Assembly: GCA_965222155.1 (NCBI GenBank)
Contig: CBDCTH010000012.1
Location: forward strand, 1,664,001 to 1,728,000
From: Gammaproteobacteria bacterium
GTDB taxonomy: Bacteria; Pseudomonadota; Gammaproteobacteria; Eutrophobiales; Eutrophobiaceae
Direction: 5' to 3'
DNA length: 64,000 bases
In this document: positions 53,041 through 63,611 of the stretch, piece by piece
Layout of the letters: the number at the start of each line of letters is the position of its first letter
Position numbering within the stretch: position 1 is the first letter of the stretch
The notes under the pieces: generated by a model
What the model saw: only the letters and a program-made list of their open reading frames with translations
Told to the model about the DNA's origin: nothing
The model's database searches: none
Made by a program: the position numbers and the translations under genes

Positions 53041-54360
53041 TCAGGTAAAATATTCCTTCAGCTTCACATCAGCTAATCCCGGCACCCGTTTTCTTGCAAA
53101 ATTCTCTCGCATATCAAAGGGTTTGGTCGCATCGATTCCCAATCGACCCGTGTACACGCCGGCTGGGTCACGGAAAAAGCCGGGAACACCCGGAAGCATC
53201 ATAATGTCTTTATCTATGCGCCCCCGTGTCATTACTGCCCACCATACGTCTTCAAAGTTATGAATATCGACGTCTTCATCCACAACAATGCAGACCTTGT
53301 TATACTGGAGGTGGGAACTGAAAACCTTCATCATGACATGTTTTGCATGGCCCTCGTATTCCGGTTTGAGTTGGACGATGGTATGCATGGGATTCGGATA
53401 ACAACTCACATCCAGGATGCCGGATAATCCTGCCGAAATGTGTTTATAGACGCGGGTAGCGAACGAGACCTCCAGGGCACGCAAATCCTCCATATAGCCG
53501 CATAATAAACCGTGGAAGATGGCGCCCTCACGCCAGCTTACGTTAAGTACCTCGAACACATGATTATCTACCTGTTTGACATAGTACCCCTGAAACTCAC
53601 CAAAGGGGCCTTCCGGCGCACGCCGACCGGGAAGTATCCGGCCCTCGATCACGATCTCCGTCTCAGCCGGAACCTGCAGATCAATGTGACTGCACTGACG
53701 CATTGTGACAGGCCCTCCCATCAGGCGGGAGGCTATCGCCATCTCATCTTTTTCGATGGGAACCGATGCACAGGCTGCCATGAATACTTCCGGTGGCGGC
53801 CCAATCAATATCGCAACCTCTAGAGGTTGGCCTCTTGCTTCGGCTTTCTTCTGGTATTGGGTGATGTCATGAGGGGGCGCCAGTCGTACCCGTAATTCAT
53901 CGTCACTGACCATCATGCTGCGACAGAATGACAGGTTGGGCACGCCCGTGTCCGGTTCTTTTGCCAGGAATACGCCCGCAGTGATATAAGGGCCTGCATC
54001 ATGTTCAAAATAGGTAATATGGGGCAGATCGCTGATATTCCCCTCAACGCGATCTTCCTCCGCAGTGCCCGTGCTCGCGTAGTTGCTGCCTGACTCTGAT
54101 TCATCATTCACGAGAGTCTGCCAATGACGGCAAAAATTGCCTTTGGCCGTACCAATAATCTCACACAGCCTGGCGTGGCTTCCGAATATATTGGAGATGA
54201 CTTGTAACCGGGTCCCCTTCACGTTCCTGAACAGGACCGGATAATCACTTTCCCGTTGCGAAGTACCTACAACTGCGGCAAGTTCAAACCGGGGATCCAC
54301 CTCACGTTCTACAACGTGCAACTCGCCCCGATTCGAAAGTTTTTCAATATAGTCACGCAT
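53041..54360 (-). CDS. UbiD-family (prFMN-dependent) decarboxylase
   Basis: DAGPYIT, EIVIEG, EGPFGEFQGY, VDEDVD and IDATKP motifs. Confidence 0.92.
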   Translation of the reverse strand: MRDYIEKLSNRGELHVVEREVDPRFELAAVVGTSQRESDYPVLFRNVKGTRLQVISNIFGSHARLCEIIGTAKGNFCRHWQTLVNDESESGSNYASTGTAEEDRVEGNISDLPHITYFEHDAGPYITAGVFLAKEPDTGVPNLSFCRSMMVSDDELRVRLAPPHDITQYQKKAEARGQPLEVAILIGPPPEVFMAACASVPIEKDEMAIASRLMGGPVTMRQCSHIDLQVPAETEIVIEGRILPGRRAPEGPFGEFQGYYVKQVDNHVFEVLNVSWREGAIFHGLLCGYMEDLRALEVSFATRVYKHISAGLSGILDVSCYPNPMHTIVQLKPEYEGHAKHVMMKVFSSHLQYNKVCIVVDEDVDIHNFEDVWWAVMTRGRIDKDIMMLPGVPGFFRDPAGVYTGRLGIDATKPFDMRENFARKRVPGLADVKLKEYFT

Positions 54361-54514
54361 TTTGGCAAGCCCGCTCAGCTCCTGGTAAACATCACTGACT
54401 GTACAGGATTATTTACGAAATTATTGATATTAATCCCAATCTATGTGCATTATACCAAATGGACAAATCAAATTCTCGACAGCAACCGTCTACTTTGCCG
54501 GCAAACCCGTAACA

Positions 54515-55501
54515 ATGAAATTCGGTCGCCTGCCGGTTACAAGGGCGGAAGGGGGGATCCTCGCTCATTCCGTTAAATATCAGGGCATAAGCCTGAAGAA
54601 AGGCACTGTCTTATCCGCACAACATGTCCGCGCATTGGATCAGGCCGGCTGCGAGTCAGTAGTCATTGCACGGCTTGAGGTCACCGATCTGGACGAAAAT
54701 GAAACGGCGCGGCGCATTGCCTCTTTCATATCAGGGGAAAATCTGGGATTCCAACGTCCCAGGAGCGGAAGAAGTAATATTGTATCAGAAACCTTCGGAC
54801 TGCTGGTTTACGACCCGGAACACCTGGACAGGATCAATCTGGAGGATGAGGCGATCACGATAGCCGTCATGCCGCCTTATACAATTGTTGAAGCGGGTCA
54901 GGTGGTTGCAACCGTAAAAATCATCCCCTACAGTGTGGAAGAAAATACGCTGACACGTATTGAAAAAATGCGACCCTCTCGACCTGCATTGCTTCATGTT
55001 GCCGTATTTAACAGCCTTAATATCGGCTTTATACAAACGTTTTATCCGGGGATGAATCAAGCTATCCTGAACAAAACCCGGAGGACCCTAGACAGCAGAT
55101 TACAGCGTCTGGGTAATAAAGTGTCGTCGGAACAACGCTGTGAGCATGAAGAAGGCGCCATTGCCGGCGCGTTTGAGGAACTGTTGGGAAGTGATTACCA
55201 GATGATTTTAATTGCCGGCGCCAGCGCAACGGCGGATCGTCGCGATGTCATCCCCCTTGCCATCGAAGCTGCCGGCGGCAGGATCACACACCTGGGTATG
55301 CCGGTCGAACCGGGTAACTTACTGGTGTTGGGAGAATTTGCTGCCGACCTTCCGGTGATATGCATGCCGGGCTGCGCACGCTCGCCCGCCGTCAACGGAT
55401 TTGACTGGGTGCTGGAACGCCTGTTAGCGGGTATCCCCGTCAAGCGCACTGATATCATGCGCATGGGTGTGGGTGGTTATATCAAAGGAAGCTCTCTATA
55501 A
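54515..55501 (+). CDS. Molybdopterin-binding (MoeA-like) accessory protein
   Basis: G.ILAHS..KKG, ATVKIIPY, GMPVEPGNLL and PGCARSP..NGFDWVL motifs. Confidence 0.85.
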   Translation: MKFGRLPVTRAEGGILAHSVKYQGISLKKGTVLSAQHVRALDQAGCESVVIARLEVTDLDENETARRIASFISGENLGFQRPRSGRSNIVSETFGLLVYDPEHLDRINLEDEAITIAVMPPYTIVEAGQVVATVKIIPYSVEENTLTRIEKMRPSRPALLHVAVFNSLNIGFIQTFYPGMNQAILNKTRRTLDSRLQRLGNKVSSEQRCEHEEGAIAGAFEELLGSDYQMILIAGASATADRRDVIPLAIEAAGGRITHLGMPVEPGNLLVLGEFAADLPVICMPGCARSPAVNGFDWVLERLLAGIPVKRTDIMRMGVGGYIKGSSL

Positions 55502-55565
55502 TCCCGGACTGACCGTCATACCATTAAACACAAGACAACCGGTCCAATATTAAAGGTTCAAGCAA

Positions 55566-56489
55566 ATGTTTCATTCAATCGAAGAGATAGAGCAAAAATT
55601 TGCAAGGCAAGGCTATATCACCGACCGTCACCTGGCTACCACAATCTACCTGGCCACTACCCTGGGCAAACCGCTTTACCTGGAGGGGGAACCGGGCGTC
55701 GGCAAGACCGAGGTAGCCAAAGTCCTGGCGAAAAGCCTGGACACCGATTTAATCCGGCTACAGTGTTACGAAGGGCTGGATACCAACCTGGCGTTATATG
55801 AGTGGAATTACCTCAGGCAAATGCTCGAAGTCCGACTCCAGGAAGCCCGCGGCGTTGACAAAGACAGGATCGGAAGCAATATCTTCGATGAACAATTCCT
55901 GTTGAAAAGACCGCTGCTCCAGGCCATCCAGCCTTCCGGCAAACGTCCCGTTTTGCTTATTGACGAAATTGACCGATCGGATGACGAGTTTGAAGCGTTC
56001 CTGCTGGAAGTGCTGTCGGATTTTCAGATCACTATCCCCGAAGTGGGCACCATCAAGGCGGAACAGCCCCCGGTGGTGGTATTGACTTCTAACCGGACCA
56101 GGGAGATGCACGACGCACTCAAACGCCGTTGCCTGTATCACTGGATTGATTACCCTACCCTGGAAAAAGAACTCAACATCGTCTTGGCAAAAGTGCCGAA
56201 TATCAAGGAAACGCTGTCAGCCCAGGTGTGCAAATTCATGGAACTGTTACGCCAGGAGGATTTCTACAAGCGGCCCGGTATAGCCGAGACCCTTGACTGG
56301 GCCAATGCTTTGCTGTCATTGGGTATCGATGAACTGGACCAGGAAGTTATTGAAACCACCCTGAGTTGCATACTGAAATATCGTCAGGACCAGGAAAAAC
56401 TCACGGGAGATAACCTGCAAAAGGCCCTGGCTGTCACCAGGAATTTCAAAGGCGGCCCGACGGTCAGCGCGCAAGGCAGCATCAACTGA
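55566..56489 (+). CDS. MoxR-family AAA+ ATPase (CoxD-like)
   Basis: GEPGVGKT, LQCYEG, LIDEID and DALKRRC motifs. Confidence 0.92.
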   Translation: MFHSIEEIEQKFARQGYITDRHLATTIYLATTLGKPLYLEGEPGVGKTEVAKVLAKSLDTDLIRLQCYEGLDTNLALYEWNYLRQMLEVRLQEARGVDKDRIGSNIFDEQFLLKRPLLQAIQPSGKRPVLLIDEIDRSDDEFEAFLLEVLSDFQITIPEVGTIKAEQPPVVVLTSNRTREMHDALKRRCLYHWIDYPTLEKELNIVLAKVPNIKETLSAQVCKFMELLRQEDFYKRPGIAETLDWANALLSLGIDELDQEVIETTLSCILKYRQDQEKLTGDNLQKALAVTRNFKGGPTVSAQGSIN

Positions 56490-56554
56490 GGGTTATTTAG
56501 CCACGCCTGCCAGTGCCGGTATTTTTACTCTGACCCCAAATAACCAAGCGGGAC

Positions 56555-57709
56555 ATGAACCAGGAATCACTACCGTTTATCACCCACCTTATCCGGTTCG
56601 GCAGAACACTGCATGACGCGGGGATAGACGTCAACCCGGCCAACCTGATCGATTTAGGGCGGAGTCTTTTGTATATCGACATTGCCAACTACGAAGATTT
56701 TTATGCCGCGGCCATGGCGACCTTGATTATCAACAGAGAGGATATGGACCTGTTTACCCGCCTGTTCCGCGAGTTCTGGAAAAGCCGGGATATCACGCCC
56801 CCGGACGAACAGCCGGACACTGAAGAAAAAAGCGGCAATGGCGACGGCCAATCCCAGGAGATTCACCGGCAACTGCAACAGGCAGACGGTGACGCACCGG
56901 AGAATGCAGAGGAGGAAGACGCGGAACCCGAAACGACCGGTTATTCGAGCCATGAACTGCTGGCGAAGAAAGACATAGACGCCATGAGCGAGGCGGAACT
57001 GGAACAGGCCCGTAAAATCATTGCCGCATTGATCGCCATCCTGGCCAACCGCAAGAGCCGGCGCTTCAGCCCGGCGAAATCCGGCCGCCAACTGGACTTC
57101 AGGAAAATCTTCCGGCGCAGTATGCCTTACGGAGAGTACTGCCTGAGACTGGCCTATAAAACCCACAAGCTGAAAAAGAACAAGCTCATCCTGTTCTGTG
57201 ACGTGAGTGGATCCATGGAGCGTTACAGCCAGTTCCTGATACAACTGATATGCGCCATGGGCGCCAGGATCTCCAACATCGAAGTGGCCGTGTTCTCAAC
57301 CCGCATGACCAGTATTACGCCTTACCTGAACCGCAAGGATATCGACGAGGTGATAAAGCAGATGTCGACGCAGGTGCATGACTGGGCCGGAGGGACCAAT
57401 ATCGGCGGCTGCCTGCGTGAATTAAATGAACAACAGTCCCACCAGATGCTGAGTTCCCATACCGTTGCCGTCATCCTGAGCGACGGCTGGGACCAGGGTG
57501 ACGCCGATCTGATGCGCACTGAGATGGAACAACTGCGACGGCGCGTCAACAAGATCATCTGGTTGAATCCGTTGTTGGGCAATACCAACTACCAGCCACT
57601 GTGTAAAGGGATGCAAACCGCCCTGCCCTTTCTTGATTACTTTCTTCCCGTGCACAACCTGGAGAGCCTGGCCGAGGTCACGAAGCTCCTGCGTACACTC
57701 TGGCATTGA
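56555..57709 (+). CDS. CoxE-like VWA-domain protein
   Basis: DVSGSM, GGTNIG, SDGWD and WLNP motifs. Confidence 0.92.
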   Translation: MNQESLPFITHLIRFGRTLHDAGIDVNPANLIDLGRSLLYIDIANYEDFYAAAMATLIINREDMDLFTRLFREFWKSRDITPPDEQPDTEEKSGNGDGQSQEIHRQLQQADGDAPENAEEEDAEPETTGYSSHELLAKKDIDAMSEAELEQARKIIAALIAILANRKSRRFSPAKSGRQLDFRKIFRRSMPYGEYCLRLAYKTHKLKKNKLILFCDVSGSMERYSQFLIQLICAMGARISNIEVAVFSTRMTSITPYLNRKDIDEVIKQMSTQVHDWAGGTNIGGCLRELNEQQSHQMLSSHTVAVILSDGWDQGDADLMRTEMEQLRRRVNKIIWLNPLLGNTNYQPLCKGMQTALPFLDYFLPVHNLESLAEVTKLLRTLWH

Positions 57710-57762
57710 TCCGTCATGCCGGCGAATCAGGCTGTGTGAAAACACTGTGTAATATTACATCC

Positions 57763-59037
57763 ATGAAATTATTTAAAATTTCATTGATCATTATTACGGT
57801 TTTCTCGTCTCAACCGGTTATTTCTGATGCCACTGACAATGGAAAACTCCATTTTTCCGTACGTTATCGATATGAACATGTAAACGATGACCGGTTGTCA
57901 GGAGCAGCCGCCTCACTCAAGAATGCAAATGCCTCAACATTCAGGACATTTCTAGGATATGAAACCGGAGACTTCCATGGTTTCTCGGCGACTCTTGATC
58001 TGGAAAATGTGACTGAAGTTGGGAGTGACGATTTTAATGATGGGTCCAATGGAAAGACTGAATTTGCTACTGTCGTAGATCCATCGGGGACAGAAGTCGA
58101 CCAGGCTTTTCTCAATTATTCGGGCATAGCAAGCACTAAACTTAAACTGGGCAGACAATACATTACTTACAGGAAAGCACCATTTCACCGCTATATAGGA
58201 ACCATACTCTGGCGCCAGAACTGGCAAACCTTTGATGCTTTCACAATTGATAATCAAACATATCCTGATGTCCGGATAAATTATGCCTATGTATGGAATA
58301 TCAATCGTATCTTCGGCAGGGACGCACCTGAACCGTTGAGCAATTTTGACAGTGATTCTCACCTGATAAATATTCAATATGGCGGGTTACCGCTGGGGAA
58401 TCTCGAAGGATACGGCTACCTCCTGGACTTTGCTAATACCACCGGTTTCTCCACCCAGACATACGGTGTACGGCTGCATGGAAATAGAAAGCCGGCAGAG
58501 AACATTACTGTACTTTATACGGCCGAATATGCCACACAGTCCGATTATGCGGAAAATACATCGGACATTGATGCGGATTATCTTCTGGGTGAAATCGGCG
58601 CCAGTTGTCAACTCAACGAATTCATCGACAGTGTCACCCTGAAATTCAGTTACGAACGGTTAAGCGGTAAAGGCGGCGCCGACAGGTTCGTAACGATCTT
58701 GGGAACCAACCATGCTTTCCAGGGTTGGAATGACAGGTTTTTGCTGACTCCGGGAGACGGGATTGAAGATTTTAACTTTACTGCCGTTATGAATATAAAA
58801 GGAGCGAACCTGATTGCCGCATACCATGATATCGGATCCGATAACATGCGCTACGATTATGGACGTGAATTCAATCTCCTCTTGAGTAAAACGTTCAGGA
58901 AACATTACACACTGGGATTGAAATATGCTTCCTATGAGGCCGATAAAAATACAAGCAATATAAGCCGGAACGGTGTCAATGCAGGAACCGCAACCGACGT
59001 TGACAAGTTCTGGATCTGGGCCCAGTACGTATATTGA
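57763..59037 (+). CDS. Alginate-export-family outer-membrane beta-barrel
   Basis: Signal peptide, RYRYE, GRQ, WRQNWQTFDA, T.HAFQGW.D.F and terminal YVY. Confidence 0.8.
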   Translation: MKLFKISLIIITVFSSQPVISDATDNGKLHFSVRYRYEHVNDDRLSGAAASLKNANASTFRTFLGYETGDFHGFSATLDLENVTEVGSDDFNDGSNGKTEFATVVDPSGTEVDQAFLNYSGIASTKLKLGRQYITYRKAPFHRYIGTILWRQNWQTFDAFTIDNQTYPDVRINYAYVWNINRIFGRDAPEPLSNFDSDSHLINIQYGGLPLGNLEGYGYLLDFANTTGFSTQTYGVRLHGNRKPAENITVLYTAEYATQSDYAENTSDIDADYLLGEIGASCQLNEFIDSVTLKFSYERLSGKGGADRFVTILGTNHAFQGWNDRFLLTPGDGIEDFNFTAVMNIKGANLIAAYHDIGSDNMRYDYGREFNLLLSKTFRKHYTLGLKYASYEADKNTSNISRNGVNAGTATDVDKFWIWAQYVY

Positions 59038-59058
59038 ACTGGGGAAGCTCCGACCTGA

Positions 59059-61449
59059 TCAGTGGTTCCCCGGACCCAGACATTCCAGTACGACATCTTC
59101 AGGCGGCAGACAAATCTCATCGTCACAGGCCTGCAACCGTATTTTGATGTCTATCCTCCGGTCACTGTAATCTTCCATATCCGGCGCGGGACTCAATGTT
59201 AAGGCTATATCAATACTGTCATCATAAAGAGCGAGTTTATCGTCTTCAAAAGACAACTTTTTAAGCCGGGGGCGGGGATAGAAAATTTTTGTCAATTCCC
59301 ATTGGCTGCGTTTTCCCGCGATTTTTATGTCCAGCGGAATGAGGTTTTCATGTCCGGGTTTGTAAGCACTAACATGCCACCCGGGTGAGATATCAAGATT
59401 GAGTTTAATATTGTGGTTATGATCCATATCCCGTGCCGTTAACTTTACCTCTCCGCGAGCCGCATATTCTGAAGCGCCTGCAGTATTGTTTAACAATTCA
59501 TCGACGCCAACCATAAAATAAGGATAGGTTCCGGGGTGTTCGTCCATGACCGTGGAAAAGGACTGAATTAATTGAACAGCAAGATTTTCATAATCCCAAT
59601 CCTTGACACGGCTTGACAGGCTCACCAGGACATGCAGTGCCGCGGAATTTCCGGAAGGAATATCACTGTCGCGTAATTGTTTCGGCACGACAAAAAGTGT
59701 GTCCTTGTCTTCACTCATATAAAAGCCGCCGGTGTCGGTATCCCAGAATTTGTCAATCATGGTCCTGGTTAATTCCACGGCGCGCTGCAGCCATAGCCGT
59801 TCTCCGGTGGCATCATAAAGCGCAATCAATCCGCCGGCGAAATAAGCATAGTCATCCTGCGTTGCTATACTGGAGGGTCGGCCGTCATAATTGACACGCA
59901 ACAAAGTACCGTCATTCATTCGCTGGTGTTTCCAGAGAAACTCGGCAGTTTCTATAGCGGCTTCCAGATATTCCCCGCGCTTCAGTATTTGCGCCGACAT
60001 CGCCAACACCGTGATCACCATGCCGTTCCAGGCCACCAGGATTTTTTTATCCACCAGTGGTGGCGGGCGTTTCACTCTTTCCTGGCGAAGTCTTTCCCGA
60101 ATGCCGTCCAGTCTTGAGATTAAATCCTGCTCATTGATATTCATAGTTTTTGCTACTTCAGACAATTCGTCGGCCAGATACAAAATATTTCTCCCATTGA
60201 AGTTGCCTTTTTCCGTAAGGCCAAAAACCGCTTGCGCCAGCACTGCATCTTCGCCCGGGAGAGAATTTTTAACTTCATCAATGGTCCACGTGTAAAAGCG
60301 ACCTTCTTCTCCCGCGCTTTCCGCGTCGCTTGCCGAATAAAAGCCGCCTGCGGGAGACGCCATATCGCGTAAAATATAATTCATTGTCTGCTCCGCGATA
60401 CGCGCAAAAAACCCGTTGCCGGTATACTGATAAGCGGTCAGGTAAACCCTGGCCATACTGGCTTGGTGGTACAGCATTTTTTCAAAATGCGGCAGCAACC
60501 AGTATGCGTCAGTAGAATAGCGATGAAACCCGCCGGCTATCTGGTCATACAATCCGCCACGAGCCATCATCGTCAGGGTATGTTCCATAGCGTCTATGGT
60601 TTCCGTATCGATGTTCCGGTAACTGTGTTGCAGCAATAACATCAGGGAAGATTCATGGGTAAACTTGGGCGCGCTGCCAAAGCCTCCCCACTGTTTATCG
60701 TAGTGCGATAAAATATCGGAAACGGCATTTTGCACAAGTTCGGGGCCGATAACCGCTACTCTACTCTGAGCCTGAACGGAATTCTCGACAGCATCGGCTA
60801 TCTTTGCCGCCAACAGGCTCAAATCATCCTGCTGTGCCTCCCACATGTCCCTGATCTGCTTGAGTATTTCCAGGAACTCTTGCGGCGGATAATAGGTGCC
60901 GGAATAAAACGGTTTCCCATCGTACGTCAAGAAACTCGACAGGGGCCAACCGCCTTGCCCTTTCGTCAACATCAGTGCAGACATATATATTTCATCGATA
61001 TCGGGCCGCCTTTCCCGGTCCACTTTGACGGGGATAAAATGTTTGTTCAGATAGCGGGCAATTTCAATATTTTCAAAACTTTCTCTTTCCATGACGTGAC
61101 ACCAGTGGCATGTGGAATAACCAATTGACAAAAACACGGGTTTGTTTTCTTTTTTGGCCTGTTTAAACGCTTCAGTTCCCCATGCATACCAGTTCACCGG
61201 GTTATGCGCATGTTGTAACAGATAGGGCGAGTCCTCCAGGATTAATCGGTTCGTAAACATTGGCTGACCATCTTTATCCAGATGTCTGGTCCTGGGCAGG
61301 TAGTCCTCGCCTTTATTTATGAGTGCGTGTTTCAGATCTGATTGCAGTTGTGTGGATGTAACTGTATTTCCAGGCAAATTGTCAGCCGTCACTACATGGC
61401 TCAGACAAACTGCCAGCACATAGATTATTAATCGATAAACGCCACTCAC
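59059..61449 (-). CDS. YyaL/DUF255 thioredoxin-domain protein with signal peptide and C-terminal DsbD-N-like domain
   Basis: [35 protein letters not shown]; tail GWHV...[11 protein letters not shown]. Confidence 0.88.
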   Translation of the reverse strand: MSGVYRLIIYVLAVCLSHVVTADNLPGNTVTSTQLQSDLKHALINKGEDYLPRTRHLDKDGQPMFTNRLILEDSPYLLQHAHNPVNWYAWGTEAFKQAKKENKPVFLSIGYSTCHWCHVMERESFENIEIARYLNKHFIPVKVDRERRPDIDEIYMSALMLTKGQGGWPLSSFLTYDGKPFYSGTYYPPQEFLEILKQIRDMWEAQQDDLSLLAAKIADAVENSVQAQSRVAVIGPELVQNAVSDILSHYDKQWGGFGSAPKFTHESSLMLLLQHSYRNIDTETIDAMEHTLTMMARGGLYDQIAGGFHRYSTDAYWLLPHFEKMLYHQASMARVYLTAYQYTGNGFFARIAEQTMNYILRDMASPAGGFYSASDAESAGEEGRFYTWTIDEVKNSLPGEDAVLAQAVFGLTEKGNFNGRNILYLADELSEVAKTMNINEQDLISRLDGIRERLRQERVKRPPPLVDKKILVAWNGMVITVLAMSAQILKRGEYLEAAIETAEFLWKHQRMNDGTLLRVNYDGRPSSIATQDDYAYFAGGLIALYDATGERLWLQRAVELTRTMIDKFWDTDTGGFYMSEDKDTLFVVPKQLRDSDIPSGNSAALHVLVSLSSRVKDWDYENLAVQLIQSFSTVMDEHPGTYPYFMVGVDELLNNTAGASEYAARGEVKLTARDMDHNHNIKLNLDISPGWHVSAYKPGHENLIPLDIKIAGKRSQWELTKIFYPRPRLKKLSFEDDKLALYDDSIDIALTLSPAPDMEDYSDRRIDIKIRLQACDDEICLPPEDVVLECLGPGNH

Positions 61450-61482
61450 ACTAAGTAATCAGTTGGTCTGTATCCTCTGCGG

Positions 61483-62088
61483 CTAAGGATTGTCAGATGT
61501 TATAGCCTGGGATTCGGGATAAAGTGAAGCGATATTCACTGCCTTCGGTTCAACAATACACACTTCTCTGCACAAGCCACAGCCTGTACAGAGTTCAGGA
61601 TTGATACTGGGCTTTTCCATATCCCAGGTCATCGCCCCGGCGACAGGGCAGGCCGATTTGCAGACGCCACACTCCGGCCCCAGGTAAGGCAAACAGCTTG
61701 ACGTATCGATCTCTGCATACGCGAGTTTTGGTAATGGTAGCCCGGCATCTTCATCGGGGACAGGAAGCTGGAGTGCTTTTGGTTCACAGGCATTGACACA
61801 AGGCCAGTCATCACAGAGATGGCAACCCTTATTCAGTATATCCAGCGCAGGCGTACCCACAACCTGTGCGCCAAGTCTCGCCGGTAATTTAAAGATGACA
61901 TCATGCGGACAAACCTCAATACACTTATCACATCTGGTGCAGGCAAGCAGGAATTCCAACTCAGCACGGGCAAAAGGAGGCCGAATCCAGTGCCTGGCGC
62001 GTTGCGCAACGGTTTCGTCTGCAAGCTGAACAGCCAGTTTTGCAGCTTTTTGTAGGCCTGTTCTAAAAAAATCACGCCTGTCCATTAC
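61483..62088 (-). CDS. NapG/MauM/NapF-like 4x[4Fe-4S] ferredoxin
   Basis: DRRDFF, RPP, CTRCDKC...CP, CHLC..PC...C, CGVC...CP and CTGCGLC motifs. Confidence 0.88.
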   Translation of the reverse strand, partial: VMDRRDFFRTGLQKAAKLAVQLADETVAQRARHWIRPPFARAELEFLLACTRCDKCIEVCPHDVIFKLPARLGAQVVGTPALDILNKGCHLCDDWPCVNACEPKALQLPVPDEDAGLPLPKLAYAEIDTSSCLPYLGPECGVCKSACPVAGAMTWDMEKPSINPELCTGCGLCREVCIVEPKAVNIASLYPESQAITSDNP

Positions 62089-62090
62089 AT

Positions 62091-63611
62091 TCAAAATCTC
62101 ATCAGCATCGGTTGCATTAATAACCACAAATGTAAGGCTGTTATAAAAATTGCAAACAAGACCATTGGCGATAAACGCCAGTTTGCATCTGTCATCAACG
62201 TATTTCCACGGTGTTGTATCACCTTTAGACTTATCCAGAATCCGAAGGCTATCAACCCTGCCTGTAACGAGAATAAAATATCATGCGAGAGTAATAGTTC
62301 CTGGTGTCTGCTGTGTTTCTCCATCATGCTTAAAGGCTGTGTGTTCAGTCCCAGAGGATTGAGCAACAGTGTACCGATACCTGAACTTTCCCGAAACAGG
62401 TGGTTCAGGTTGTGTGCCAGGTGATAGCTGAAGGCCAGCGGTAGTGTCGCAAATACGAACCCGGAAAATAATTTTTTAAAGTCCTGTTTTTCTTGACTAC
62501 ATTTTTGCGTGAGCCAGATAAAGAAAGTATAGATAAATACTACAACTGCTAAACTCAAGAAAAGTAAAACTGAAAAACTCCATAATAATTTCCCGGAGTC
62601 ATTCAGCAGGGAAGCAAATTGTAGTAGCCATGTTTCAAAATATGAAATCATGGATATGCCGTGAAACTCCGTTAACGCCAACAAACCAAGCATAAACCAC
62701 GCTTCGTCCCAATGTGGCCGGGCATCTGCAATGGCTTCCTTGCTGGGCGCGCGCAAACGCCAGGCAACATTATTGTCCGGGCAACTCCTGCTGCAATTCC
62801 CGCAGGAGGTACAATAGGTATTTTGTTTCAATCGCCCCATCACCAGATGGGTAGGACACGGTTCAACGGTTTCTGAACCGTAATAACATTCCAGTGTCTT
62901 GCACTTCGCACAAATATCCGTATTTATGGGCCTGAGTTCAACAGGCGCCAGTTGTGAATAAAACCCTATGGTTCTACCCACCGGGCAAAAATATCTGCAA
63001 AAGGCTTTTCCCTCGTAAATAGCCAGTGAAACTGTTGCCATCAAGACCATGGCCAGGGCCAGTAAAGCCGTCATATATGGGCTTGATGTGACACCGATAC
63101 CCAGTTCCAGCCATGTCAGGACGATAAATAATATTAAAGCCGGCCAGACGCTGCGAAGCTTTCGTGACACTTTCAGGTTAAGGCTGTTATTTGGCTTGGC
63201 GCGTCTCCATAACCGGCGTCGCACCAACCAAGTAGATATGGCATCCCATGGACAGATTGCACACCAGGCAGAGCCCAGAAAAAAAATGGAAATAATGAGA
63301 CCTGCCCACCAGATATTCCAGGTTAAAACAGTTGCAATATTTCTTTCAGGAATTTGAGAACCGGATAATCCGGCGCTAATAACAAGTATGAACAGACATA
63401 CCACAATAATTTTTAACAGCAATAATATGACGGGCTTTTCGACAAGATTACGTATAAAAGTACCCAGAACAGGTATGCCTGCCAGACTGATCGATTTTGA
63501 TCGGCGGTTCGGAATATAGTTTGTCAGTAACATGTGCCCGCTCAGTACGAGCATAAAGAGACAGACGGCCAGGCTCCATGAGGGAGGAAGTCCGGGATGT
63601 GTCATCGTCAT
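62091..63611 (-). CDS. Polytopic membrane 4Fe-4S protein (NapH/NosR C-terminal-like)
   Basis: WCAICPW, FCRYFCPVG, C..C...C and CTSCGNCSRSCP motifs; many TM segments. Confidence 0.85.
   Translation of the reverse strand: MTMTHPGLPPSWSLAVCLFMLVLSGHMLLTNYIPNRRSKSISLAGIPVLGTFIRNLVEKPVILLLLKIIVVCLFILVISAGLSGSQIPERNIATVLTWNIWWAGLIISIFFLGSAWCAICPWDAISTWLVRRRLWRRAKPNNSLNLKVSRKLRSVWPALILFIVLTWLELGIGVTSSPYMTALLALAMVLMATVSLAIYEGKAFCRYFCPVGRTIGFYSQLAPVELRPINTDICAKCKTLECYYGSETVEPCPTHLVMGRLKQNTYCTSCGNCSRSCPDNNVAWRLRAPSKEAIADARPHWDEAWFMLGLLALTEFHGISMISYFETWLLQFASLLNDSGKLLWSFSVLLFLSLAVVVFIYTFFIWLTQKCSQEKQDFKKLFSGFVFATLPLAFSYHLAHNLNHLFRESSGIGTLLLNPLGLNTQPLSMMEKHSRHQELLLSHDILFSLQAGLIAFGFWISLKVIQHRGNTLMTDANWRLSPMVLFAIFITALHLWLLMQPMLMRF

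Noticed and set aside
45286-57709. Aerobic CO dehydrogenase (cox) cluster
   Set aside because: The large subunit lacks both AYxCSFR (form I) and AYxGAGR (form II); CoxD/E/G homologues accompany many Mo-hydroxylases
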